DNA of 64,000 bases, taken from contig CAVSCK010000001.1 of NCBI GenBank assembly GCA_963726455.1, forward strand, positions 1 through 64,000, given 5' to 3'. Position numbers and translations under genes: made by a program. The stretch comes from an uncultured bacterium. GTDB lineage: Bacteria > Zixibacteria > MSB-5A5 > CAIYYT01. This document shows positions 20,554 through 30,700 of this stretch, piece by piece. Under the pieces are notes generated by a model. That model was not told where the DNA came from. It ran no database searches and saw only the letters and a program-made list of their open reading frames with translations. The first letter of the stretch is position 1; each line of letters opens with the position of its first letter.

Positions 20554-21694
20554 CGAAAGAAGTTAAGCCCCCGCGGGACAGTATTTTGGGAACATTGCCC
20601 TGAAATAGAAAATCCAGATCGTTCAAGCGATTCTTGCAGGAGTCGCATAAGAAATAAGAGTTGTCGAAATCCTTGACGACCTGCCCGCATCCCCAGTTAG
20701 GTGAACCGTTCGGACTCCCTACGACAAACATGTCTGTCATCATGCACACTCTGGCAACAGTGTTTGCAACATGCGCGGTATTGTCGTCGCAGTAGTCCGT
20801 CAAGTAGAGAAGATGCGCAAGTTCATGAGCGGCTGTTTCCTGCTTGAGATCAGCCCGAAAGTCATAGGCGCACTGCTGGTCAATATTACCCGCTGCGACG
20901 AACGCCACTTTGCTTTCAACTTGAGATCTGCCCAGTGCTTCGCTATCCCGTTCTCCGGTCTGCAGTTTCGTGAAATAGTCGATAGAAAAAAGAACGTATG
21001 CAGACTTTGGCCGTAGTGTGTCGGGATCCCAGTAACCGGAGTGTTTTTTCCGATACGTCACCAGTGCGTCCGGATCATCGGTAACGCTTGCCAAATCAAG
21101 CGGGGACTTGGATCCGGTTCTATGAGTAAACACCACCTTCGATCCCGTCAGAGGCTTTGCCATTGTCTGGAAATCGTCGTCGGAATATACGTTCAAGATG
21201 TCCAGTCCAGATTGATAGTCATATTCGACGTCCACATCGAAGAAGTAATAGGATTGTCCAACGTACAATGTGAATCTTTGCACTTCCTGAGCCGCCACTA
21301 CCAAGTAAAGACTGTCGGTTCTGGCTCTCAGACCTAATGTCAATAAATAGCGCCCTTCTGGAGGATTATGGAAGTCGAACCCAAAGGTGGTGGTCTGAGT
21401 TGATCCCAATATGTGATCTTCCTGGTCAAGACTATCCCAGCCTGCTGTGCCGTCAGTGTAATTCAAAGTGGCCCAACAATTAAAGGTCTCCCCATAACCT
21501 AATGTTACGGGAGCTGTCACCTCGATCCAGCCACTAGCCGACTGCCAGTACTTCTTAGGCCACTGGATTTCGCCAAAGCGTTCTTGGTACCCGTTCGTCG
21601 GCTGCGAGTTGTTGCCCCCACTACTACAACCGCCGACCAGCATCGCAATCGCTCCGGCAAGAAAACAGACAATGACAATCGGAGGCTGTTTCAT
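20540..21694 (-). CDS. Lipoprotein with HExxH zinc-metallopeptidase-like motif
   Basis: Lipobox LVGG-C; TAAHELAHLL followed by a Cys-rich segment and CMM; AAAGGAG RBS. Confidence 0.7.
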   Translation of the reverse strand: MKQPPIVIVCFLAGAIAMLVGGCSSGGNNSQPTNGYQERFGEIQWPKKYWQSASGWIEVTAPVTLGYGETFNCWATLNYTDGTAGWDSLDQEDHILGSTQTTTFGFDFHNPPEGRYLLTLGLRARTDSLYLVVAAQEVQRFTLYVGQSYYFFDVDVEYDYQSGLDILNVYSDDDFQTMAKPLTGSKVVFTHRTGSKSPLDLASVTDDPDALVTYRKKHSGYWDPDTLRPKSAYVLFSIDYFTKLQTGERDSEALGRSQVESKVAFVAAGNIDQQCAYDFRADLKQETAAHELAHLLYLTDYCDDNTAHVANTVARVCMMTDMFVVGSPNGSPNWGCGQVVKDFDNSYFLCDSCKNRLNDLDFLFQGNVPKILSRGGLTSFGEEK

Positions 21695-21913
21695 GCACCG
21701 CTCCTTTCTACTATACAGGCGAACCTGCACTCGTATTCCCATTCCCTAGCCCCCTAACCACACCCGCTCACGGCATGGCAGTTATTCCTTTTGCTCCGAC
21801 TTCGACGTTTGATCTACTAACAATATAACGCTCACCCCCCCCCAAAGCGTCAAGAGCTATTTTCTACTTTTTTTGCGATAATCTGGTTGCGACTGTGAAG
21901 TGCCGACAAAGTA

Positions 21914-21940
21914 AACGGGGCGTGGTTAACGCGCCCCGTT
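21914..21940 (-). terminator. Terminator after glnA
   Basis: AACGGGGCG...CGCCCCGTT stem followed by a T-rich tail on the minus strand. Confidence 0.65.
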
Positions 21941-21964
21941 GTATAGGTCTGGAAAGTGACGGAA

Positions 21965-23299
21965 CTACAATATTGAATAGTAGTTGTCTATCTCGAACCG
22001 CGAAACATGCAGCCGGTAGCGGTCCCACTCGGTCAGCTTGTTGGCAATCAAGGCGTTGAAAATGTGTTCGCCCAGCGTCTCCTTCATCAAGTCCGATTTC
22101 TCGAACATTCTGATCGCGTTTTCCAACGAGTCGGGCAAGGAATCGATTTTGCGGCGCTTCCGTTCGGCATTGTTCATCTCGAAAATGTTGTCTTCGACCG
22201 GCGGCACCAGCGGGTACTTGTTCTGGACACCTTCAAGACCGGCGGCAAGCATCACAGCGAACGCCAAATACGGATTGCAGGCCGGATCAGGTGACCGCAA
22301 CTCGATGCGCGTAGACTTCTCCTTCCCGGGCCGGTACATCGGAATCCGAATCAGTGACGAGCGGTTGCGCTGACCCCAGGAGATATAGCAGGGCGCCTCA
22401 TATCCGGGCACCAGGCGTTTGTAGGAATTGACCCATTGATTGGTAACCAACGTCAGCTCTTTGACGTGTTTCATCAAGCCCGCGATGTATGACTTGCCGA
22501 GGTCGGAGAGATTGTACTGATCCTCTTTCAGGAAGAACGCATTCGATTCGCCCTTGAACAGCGATTGATGGCAGTGCATTCCGGAGCCGTTCTCGCTGAA
22601 CAGCGGTTTCGGCATGAAGGTCGCGTAAATGCCGTTCTCCATCGCGACTTCCTTGACGATCAAGCGGTACAACATCGCGAAGTCAGCCATTTTGAGCGCC
22701 TTCTGGTACTTCAGGTCGATCTCGTGCTGGGACGGCGCGACCTCGTGATGCGAGCACTCTACCGGGATACCGATGGACTCCAGTGCCACTACCGTTTTCT
22801 TGCGCACGCGGGTACCGAGATCGATTGTACCGTAGTCGAAGTAACCGTTCCGATCGATAATCTCCGGCGTGCCGGGCTGGCCATTCTGGCGGAAATAGAA
22901 GTATTCCAACTCCGGTCCCACGTAGAACGTGTAGCCCAGGTCGGCAGCTTTCTTCAGTACTTTTTTGAGTACATAGCGGGGATCACCTTCGTAGGGCTCG
23001 CCGTGCGGCGTTTCAATATCGCAGATCATCACGGCCACGCGCTCGCCGGCAATATCCCAGGGGAAGATGCGGAAGGTGTTCAAATCAGGGCGCGCGTTGA
23101 GATCGGATTCTTCGATGCGGACAAAACCCTCGATCGACGATCCATCAAAACCCTGCCCGTGAATCAGCACTTCGTCAAATTCCTGGCGGGTTATCGACAT
23201 CCCCTTCAGTTGACCCAGGACGTCACTGAAATAGAGCCGGATATATTTGACATTCTCTCGATCGATCATCTCCCGAACTTGTTCGGCAGTGTAAGTCAT
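21965..23299 (-). CDS. glnA: Glutamine synthetase type I (GSI-alpha-like)
   Basis: FDGSSIEGF, HHEVAPSQHEI, ATFMPKP...NGSGMHCH, NSYKRLVPGYEAP, RIELRSPDP. Confidence 0.97.
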   Translation of the reverse strand: MTYTAEQVREMIDRENVKYIRLYFSDVLGQLKGMSITRQEFDEVLIHGQGFDGSSIEGFVRIEESDLNARPDLNTFRIFPWDIAGERVAVMICDIETPHGEPYEGDPRYVLKKVLKKAADLGYTFYVGPELEYFYFRQNGQPGTPEIIDRNGYFDYGTIDLGTRVRKKTVVALESIGIPVECSHHEVAPSQHEIDLKYQKALKMADFAMLYRLIVKEVAMENGIYATFMPKPLFSENGSGMHCHQSLFKGESNAFFLKEDQYNLSDLGKSYIAGLMKHVKELTLVTNQWVNSYKRLVPGYEAPCYISWGQRNRSSLIRIPMYRPGKEKSTRIELRSPDPACNPYLAFAVMLAAGLEGVQNKYPLVPPVEDNIFEMNNAERKRRKIDSLPDSLENAIRMFEKSDLMKETLGEHIFNALIANKLTEWDRYRLHVSRFEIDNYYSIL

Positions 23300-23444
23300 T
23301 TGTTTTCTCCTCCTGACCTGGTCTTCGCCACGCTAACTTGCTCTATTCGCATCAGACATCACCAATTTTAATCGATAAAAACCTGTTACGCACCAGATTT
23401 CATTCGCCGTTGGCAAAAACCGGTAATTGGCCGGAAATAAACAA

Positions 23445-23467
23445 AGGGGCGCAGCCCTGGCGCCCCT
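23445..23467 (-). terminator. Terminator after the TonB-dependent receptor gene
   Basis: AGGGGCGC...GCGCCCCT stem followed by TTGTTTATTT on the minus strand. Confidence 0.6.
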
Positions 23468-23515
23468 CGGAGGTAAGCCGCTGAACGTCCATGTGGAACG
23501 TCCACAACAGCAGGT

Positions 23516-26500
23516 TCAGAATTCCATGCTCAATCCCACGCGAATATTTCGCCCCGGACCCAGATTCAGTGGATTGCGAGCCAAATCAGTGCCGGCAAAA
23601 ACGTAATTAGCTCCGGCAACATTGGTGTTGGTGTTGTAGCGGCCGGTAGTGCCAAATATCTGCTGAACGTTCTTTGAATTCATGAGGTTGTTTATCCACA
23701 GATCGACCGAATATCTCATGCTCATGAATTTCAGAGTCTTGTAGAATCGCAGATCGACAGTCGAAGTGGCCGGATATCGCATCGAGTTGGTTTGGGGAGT
23801 CTCGCCGGTCACCAGCCGCAGCCCCGGAAAATCTTTGTCAGGAGTAAATGGCGAGCCGGAATTAAATTGCCACAACACGTTAAGACCCCAGTCGTCGGGC
23901 AAAGTCTGGCCGAACAGCTTCGGATGGATTGCCTCTGGAACCGCCAGATCGAGATTCACTGTCAATTGGTGGCGGACGTCCCAATCCAACGGCGTTTCAT
24001 GAATCGGAATCGCGCGCGAATAGAAATCATCCAGGTAATTGGAATTCTCGCTGGAGCTCTTGCCATAAGCGAAGGCATAACCGTAACTGGCATACCCGGA
24101 CACAAAGTTGCCATACTTCTTGTCCAGCCGGAGTTCGATGCCGCGGGCGCGGGCATAATCCGAGTTCTGGTAAACATTAAGTGCGCTGGGTCCTGATCCC
24201 TCCCGAATCGAGTTCACGATTCCGTAGATATCCTTGTAGTACCCCGAGGCATCCAGAACGTAGTCATTGTTCAGCTTGTAGGTCACGCCAAAGGCATACT
24301 GAATGGTCTTCTCGAAATCCAGATTCTCATTTCCAATAATGCCAAACGCACTCGATGACTGGGTCGCCCGACGATACATGAGATTCATTTCGGGAAGTTG
24401 GCTGTAATGCCCATAATTGAAATAGACTTTGGCTACCGTCGAAATCGGATAGCTGAAGCCGAGACGCGGGCTGAAACGGTTTTGTGATCCGGCAATCGAC
24501 TTGGCCGACGACTGATTCTGGGAGATTTGTTTCTTGACGTCCGCGGACTGGATGAAGAAATCATACCGCAATCCGATGCTGGCGATCATCGTGCCCACTT
24601 CCATTTTGTCCTGCACGAACGCTGCACCCGATACCGGCCTGCGCGTATAGAAATCACGGAAAATTCCCCGATCAGGCCAGGGACCGCCGTCCGGAGTGCC
24701 GTCGTAGGGATAATTCGGGTAACGCAAATCCGCCATGCGCAGCTTATGGAAATCCATCAGCAGTCCCGACCTTACGTCGTGCTGGTCGGAAGATTCCTCC
24801 CCGAACATGCGGTTGATTTTGAAATCGAGAGTAGTTCTGTCGGCGGAACGATCCTGATAGTACGCCCATTGCTGATGTCCGCGATCGTAAAAACCATCGC
24901 GCGCGTCCCATTTGCCGTTTCCGTTGACGTCGACAAATGGTTCGCCGATGTCGTAGCTTCCATTTGCCGGATCGTACAGCCCGTTGCCGTTGAGATCCTT
25001 GAACGGCATGCCGGGCGACCAGGGATCGAACGAGCTGTCGTATTTGGAATTATGATTCAGATCCATGTTGGTTGCCGGATTCGGCGAGCAGATAAATACA
25101 TCAATGCCCTGATCGAACACGCCGTTAAGGTTGACGTCGACAAATGGCTCGCCCAGATTGACGTCGCCGTCGCGGTAGGGTTCCGGCTGGTCGATATTCA
25201 TCACCGGTCCGCGCTCCGGATCGTAGCGTCCATTTCCGTTGGTATCGCGCAGAAGATAATCACCCTCATCCCAGTGTCCGTCCCCGTCACGATCGACAAA
25301 CGGTTCGGACTCGTAGAAATCAACCAGTCCGTTGTCGTTCCAATCGGTCAGGATGGTGTCGACCAATGCTGAGGAATTGCCCTGTCGGTGATAGCGTGAA
25401 TCGACCCCGCGCCATTCCGGGTCATTGGTCGGTGGTCGCAACACCGGCGCGCCGGGCTGCTGCACGTAACTGTCACCGAACGAATAGTACGGCCGTCCTC
25501 CATAGGTCAACGTATCGCCGTTGACGTTGACAAACGGTTCGGCGGTATCGTACTGTCCGTTTCCGTTGCGGTCATAATATGTTTCGTAATCTTCCACCGG
25601 GAGAAACTGTCCCGGGTCGAGACCCTCGCCGGGATGTGCCGGATCACCCGGCATTTCCAGATAGTCCCTGCTGAAATGCGACAGAATAATCTCATAGTAA
25701 GTCTTGGTACTGAGCTGATGTGTCAGGCGAAACGAATAGACGGTGGCTTGCTGTCGAATCACCGGCGCCGTTGCCGGAGTGTACCGATAGTCCCATTGAA
25801 ATTGCGTGAAGTTGTCCCAGGAGCCGCGATAGTTCAAGCCAAGCTTGATGCTTTTCCCGGCATACCAATTAAGTTTCAGGCCTGCTTCGTAGGAATTCTT
25901 CATGCGGTCAGTGAGATTGAACAATCCAAGAACGGAACGCTCTTTGAAACCGCGATTTGTGGCACGGTTGAAATACTGCTTGTAGTTGGCATAGCCATCC
26001 GATTTGTCTGCGGCTCCCGAAAGACTGTAGCTCAGCCCCCGCAGCCAGGTTTTTCCCAGCGCCGGTAACAGTCGCGAGGTCAACAACGGAACCGGACCGG
26101 AAAGGTTGAATTCCAATCGATCGAGATTGAACGAATTCTTGTTCAGGATGCCGGTGCCGAAATCGTCCGTGTAGTAACCGACGCGCCCCGAGGTCGAATC
26201 TGATGGTGGTTTGGTCGTGATCTCTACAAAGCCTGAGATGGCGCCTCCCTGTTCTGCGGGCGCGCCACCTTTGGTGATTTGCATTTCCAGAATATCACGC
26301 GCGGAAATGTTCATCGATAGGCCGTTGGAACCTCTGCCGGCGAAGGGATCGTTTACCGCAATCTGGTCTACGACCATGCCCACTTCATTGGTGCGGCCGC
26401 CCCACAAATGAAGCCCGTCGCCACGGGTGACGGCTCCTGTGGTTGTTGCGACAGCACTCGCCGCGTCGTTGATCGGCAGGCGCGCGATCCCGCTGCCGTC

Positions 26501-26914
26501 GAGTACTTGCCGGTTTGCCACGTTTTCCAGATCCACCGGGTTTCGGTATTCGGTCACAATCGTTGGCGCGAATATCAAAATTGAGTCCTCCAACTCGAAA
26601 TTTTGTGTCGACGTGTAGCCGCCCTTGATTTCGACCTTCTTGGCGATCACCGGATATTTGCCGATCATCCTTGCCGTTACGTTGTAGAGGCCCGGATTGA
26701 GATTCATCAGCAGGTAATCGCCGTCGCCATCGGCGACCGCACCAATGCTGGTGCCTTCAATCTGCACGTTTACGCCGGGCAGCGATTCTTTGGTATGCTT
26801 GTAGGTGACCTTCCCCTTAAGTTTGCCCGTTGTCGCCGCAATAGCATCAGGTGCACCGGCCAAGAACAGAATTGCGGCTATCATGCCGCACAGAAATACG
26901 TTAGCGATTCGCAT
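23516..26914 (-). CDS. TonB-dependent receptor with carboxypeptidase-regulatory-like N-domain and inserted Ca-binding repeats
   Basis: TTGKLKGKV...LPGVNVQIEGT; plug (GGRTNEV, ITKGG...ISGFVEITTK); barrel motifs FSPRLGFSYPI; C-terminal Phe. Confidence 0.88.
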   Translation of the reverse strand: MRIANVFLCGMIAAILFLAGAPDAIAATTGKLKGKVTYKHTKESLPGVNVQIEGTSIGAVADGDGDYLLMNLNPGLYNVTARMIGKYPVIAKKVEIKGGYTSTQNFELEDSILIFAPTIVTEYRNPVDLENVANRQVLDGSGIARLPINDAASAVATTTGAVTRGDGLHLWGGRTNEVGMVVDQIAVNDPFAGRGSNGLSMNISARDILEMQITKGGAPAEQGGAISGFVEITTKPPSDSTSGRVGYYTDDFGTGILNKNSFNLDRLEFNLSGPVPLLTSRLLPALGKTWLRGLSYSLSGAADKSDGYANYKQYFNRATNRGFKERSVLGLFNLTDRMKNSYEAGLKLNWYAGKSIKLGLNYRGSWDNFTQFQWDYRYTPATAPVIRQQATVYSFRLTHQLSTKTYYEIILSHFSRDYLEMPGDPAHPGEGLDPGQFLPVEDYETYYDRNGNGQYDTAEPFVNVNGDTLTYGGRPYYSFGDSYVQQPGAPVLRPPTNDPEWRGVDSRYHRQGNSSALVDTILTDWNDNGLVDFYESEPFVDRDGDGHWDEGDYLLRDTNGNGRYDPERGPVMNIDQPEPYRDGDVNLGEPFVDVNLNGVFDQGIDVFICSPNPATNMDLNHNSKYDSSFDPWSPGMPFKDLNGNGLYDPANGSYDIGEPFVDVNGNGKWDARDGFYDRGHQQWAYYQDRSADRTTLDFKINRMFGEESSDQHDVRSGLLMDFHKLRMADLRYPNYPYDGTPDGGPWPDRGIFRDFYTRRPVSGAAFVQDKMEVGTMIASIGLRYDFFIQSADVKKQISQNQSSAKSIAGSQNRFSPRLGFSYPISTVAKVYFNYGHYSQLPEMNLMYRRATQSSSAFGIIGNENLDFEKTIQYAFGVTYKLNNDYVLDASGYYKDIYGIVNSIREGSGPSALNVYQNSDYARARGIELRLDKKYGNFVSGYASYGYAFAYGKSSSENSNYLDDFYSRAIPIHETPLDWDVRHQLTVNLDLAVPEAIHPKLFGQTLPDDWGLNVLWQFNSGSPFTPDKDFPGLRLVTGETPQTNSMRYPATSTVDLRFYKTLKFMSMRYSVDLWINNLMNSKNVQQIFGTTGRYNTNTNVAGANYVFAGTDLARNPLNLGPGRNIRVGLSMEF

Positions 26915-27203
26915 GGAATATCCTCCCTTCCATCCGACAAGATGGATCACCGGCTCGGGCGCACCGTACCCAGAGGCGTGCCCGAAGCCGCCTGGTTCTC
27001 ACCATGTTAAAGGATCGCAGTTGTCTAATATGAATACAGGGAAGTCGGCCGAATATTCCCAAAGCGTTAAGAAATGTCGAAGAAAAGCATTGTAAATTCT
27101 TGAATCCAGGTTTATATTAGAGCGAATCGAATTAGAATGTTTAGCAATTGCCGTCCAGGTTGCGGAACCTGTCACGGTAGAGCCGTTAAGCGGAGGTAGA
27201 AAT

Positions 27204-27761
27204 ATGAAAGCAAGACATACTTGCTGGATTGCGTTTGCCGCGGCCATGATTTCCGCGTCGTGCGCGCTGGGGCAGGGCAACCCACCTCAAATCACCAACT
27301 GCCCGACGATAATTCAGATGGCGTCACTCTGTCATTCCTATCAGTACGCTTTCACTTATACAGACCCGGATGTGCCGGATCAAATCCGCTGGAGTGTGCA
27401 GCAGACTGCTGGGCCACAGTCAACGGGTGTGTACGGAATCGATTCTCTCATGGGTCAGTTCGTTTACGAAGCCACTGAACAAGACGAATTCAATACATAT
27501 ACATTCTCTGTAATCGCCCGAGATGTCGAGGGCTACGCAGATACCTGCAGGTTTCACATAAGCCATTTTGGATGGGTGCCTAAGGACGCAAACTGCGACG
27601 ACCTCGTTGATATATCCGATGCGGTATTTCTTATAGAATACATCTTCGGCGGCGGCCCCGCGCCCAGATTTCTGCAAGCGGCAGACGCAAATCATGATGG
27701 GACCATCGACATATCCGATGTTGTGGCATTGATTGCCTACATTTTCGGAGGTGGAAAGTAA
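27204..27761 (+). CDS. Small secreted Ig/cadherin-like plus dockerin-like protein
   Basis: Signal peptide; NPPQIT...YTDPD; DANCDDLVDISDAVFLIEYIFGGG and DANHDGTIDISDVVALIAYIFGGG. Confidence 0.8.
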   Translation: MKARHTCWIAFAAAMISASCALGQGNPPQITNCPTIIQMASLCHSYQYAFTYTDPDVPDQIRWSVQQTAGPQSTGVYGIDSLMGQFVYEATEQDEFNTYTFSVIARDVEGYADTCRFHISHFGWVPKDANCDDLVDISDAVFLIEYIFGGGPAPRFLQAADANHDGTIDISDVVALIAYIFGGGK

Positions 27762-27798
27762 GCACTATTGAGACGAGATGCCCGGAGAAAGCGAAAAT

Positions 27799-30700
27799 CT
27801 ACGCTCTATTAGTCCGTGCCTCGCGCTTGATCTGCCACAATCTCCAGTAAGTGTAGATCACTGGGATAATCTCCAGCGTCAGGAAAGTTGAACTGATTAG
27901 TCCGCCCACCATTGGCGCCGCAATTCGCTTCATCACATCCGCACCGGTGCCGGTTGCCCAAAGCAGTGGCACCAGTCCGATCATCGCTGTGCCGACCGTC
28001 ATCAATTTCGGCCGCACGCGCATGACCGTGCCTTCCATGTGCGCCCAGATGATGTCATTCAAGTCGCGAATCATACCCGCCTTCTTGCGGCGCTCATAGG
28101 CATGGTCCAGATACAGTACCATCACGATACCCGTCTGTGTCGCCAGGCCAACCAGTGCAATAATTCCTACCAGCGTTGCGGTGGAGTAATTGTAACCAAG
28201 GAAATACATCAACCAGATCGAGCCAACCAGGGCGAACGGCACTGACGCGAGCACAATCATCGTCTCGGTGAAATTACGGAAGTTGAGATACAGCAGGATG
28301 ATTACCAGGATGAACGTGATCGGCACGACCACCCGCATCCGCGCCGCCATCGCTTCGAGCAGTTCATATTGGCCGGTCCACTTGAGATAATATCCCGCCG
28401 GCAGCTTTACTTCCTTGGCAGTCACCTGCTTGGCTTCGTTGACATAACCGCCGATATCGCGCTTATTCTGATCGATGTCGACATACACGTAACCTACCAG
28501 CATCCCGTTTTCGTCGCGGATCATCGGCGGTCCGCCGGTCACCTTGATCTCGGCAATTTGCCCGAGCGGAATTGTGGGTCTGCCTTCCGGGAACAGTGTG
28601 GGCTGACCTTGTCCGGCTGATGGCAGAGACGTCCCGGCTGCGCCGCCGGTCGACATTCCGCCAGCACCGCCCAGCTTGGATGGGTTGCTTGAGCCGCCCG
28701 ATGTTCCTCCCATATTGTCCATCTGCGCATACAGCCGCATATCATTCAAGACTTGATAATCCAGGTCAGAGTTTGTGCCTGCGAGCGGAGCCGATTCGAG
28801 ATACAACATCGAATTACTCATTCCCGTCATCCCACTCCGCGACGGAGTTGCCGACGAAGCTGGCAATGGCACTTCAATCTGCCGCAGCCGTTCGAGATCG
28901 TCACGCGTCTGGCGCGGGTATCGTACATTGACCGTAAACCGATTCCGGCCCTCAATTGTCGTCTCGATCGGCATGCCACCGATTGCGGTTTCAATGACGT
29001 CCTGTACATCACGCATGGTCAACCCATATCTGGCGATGGCTTCACGGTCGGGGATGATGTCAACGAAGAATCCGCCGGTGTTGCGGTCGGAAAAAACACT
29101 TCGCGTCCCCGGTATTTTGGACAGCGACTGTTCCAGTTCCTGGCCGACTCGCTCGATTTCCATCAGATCGTTGCCGAAGACTTTCACACCGATGGGTGTG
29201 CGAATACCCGTCGACAGCATATCGATGCGCGTCTTGATCGGCATGGTCCACGCGTTTGTCCAGCCCGGCATTTGCATGGCTTTGTCGAATTCGTCGAGCA
29301 ACTCCTGCCAGGTGATCGTGCGCTGTTCCGGCCAGATTGGGCGAAGAACTGACTTGAGAAATTCCGGCGCCCAATTCGAGTACCAGCGTTTCTCCGGCAC
29401 CTTGCGCCATTCTTCCTTTGGCTTCAATTGCACGACGGTTTCCAGCATCGACAATGGCGCCGGATCGGTGGCGGTTTCAGCGCGGCCGGCTTTGCCATAG
29501 ACAGTCACGACTTCCGGGAATGAGCGGATCACCCGATCCTGAAACTGCATGTATTCCTTGGCGGCTTCAACCGAGATGTTGGGGAATGTCGTCGGCATGT
29601 ACAAGACGTCGCCCTCGTTGAGCGGCGGCATAAACTCCGAACCGATTTTGGGAATCATCGGCAGCGTGGCTATGATTGCAGCGATCCCGATGGCGACAGT
29701 CGTCTTCGGATTGCGCAGAGCTACATAAACGAACGGCTTATAAACTGCAATCAACAGTCGCGACACCGGATGCTTGGTCTCCGAATGGACTTTACCACGC
29801 AGGAAGAGCGTCATCAACACCGGCGCCAAGGTTACGGCCATGATCGCTGCAAAAAACATTGCGAACGTTTTGGTGTAGGCCAGTGGCGAAAACAATTTTC
29901 CCGCCTGTCCGGTCAGCGCAAAGATCGGCAGGAACCCGACCGTGATAATCAACTGCGCGAAAAATATGGACGGCCCGACCTCTTTGGCGGCGGCAATTAT
30001 GACCTCTTTACGATTTACTCCCGGCGGGGCTTTCTCCAATCGTTTGTGCGCGTTTTCGACCATTACGATACTGGCGTCAACCATCGCGCCGACGGCAATC
30101 GCGATGCCACCCAAACTCATGATGTTGGAATTGATACCCAGGAGATGCATGGGAATAAATGCCAGCGCCACCGCGACGGGCAAAATTATTATCGGCACCA
30201 GTGAACTCCCGAAATGAAGCAGGAAGATGATGATCACCAGCGCGACCACGACGCCTTCTTCGATGAGACTGTGCTTTAACGTATGAATGGAACGATCGAT
30301 CAAATTCGCGCGATCATAGACCGGCACTAGCTTGACGCCGGCGGGAAACGACGGCTTGACGTCTTCGATCTTCTGTTTCACCCTCTGAATCACATCCAGA
30401 GCGTTTTCGCCAAAACGCATGATGACTATACCGCCGACGGCCTCGCCGATACCGTCGAATTCACCGACGCCGCGGCGAATCTCCGGACCGAAAGAAATTT
30501 TGGCGACATTCTCCAATAGGATCGGTGTGCCGGTCGGCGTAGCGCCGAGGCCGATTTTGCGCAGCGCATCGAGGTTCTGAATATATCCTTGCCCGCGAAC
30601 ATAGTACTCGCGGCCGGTCATTTCAATTACGCGACCGCCGACGTCATTATTGCTGGCGCGGATCGCGCGCGTGACATCGGTGACTGCAAGCCCGTAAGCC

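Noticed and set aside
23340-23440. NtrC or sigma54 sites upstream of glnA
   Set aside because: Only a GCACCA half-site; no correctly spaced GG-N10-GC promoter found by eye.
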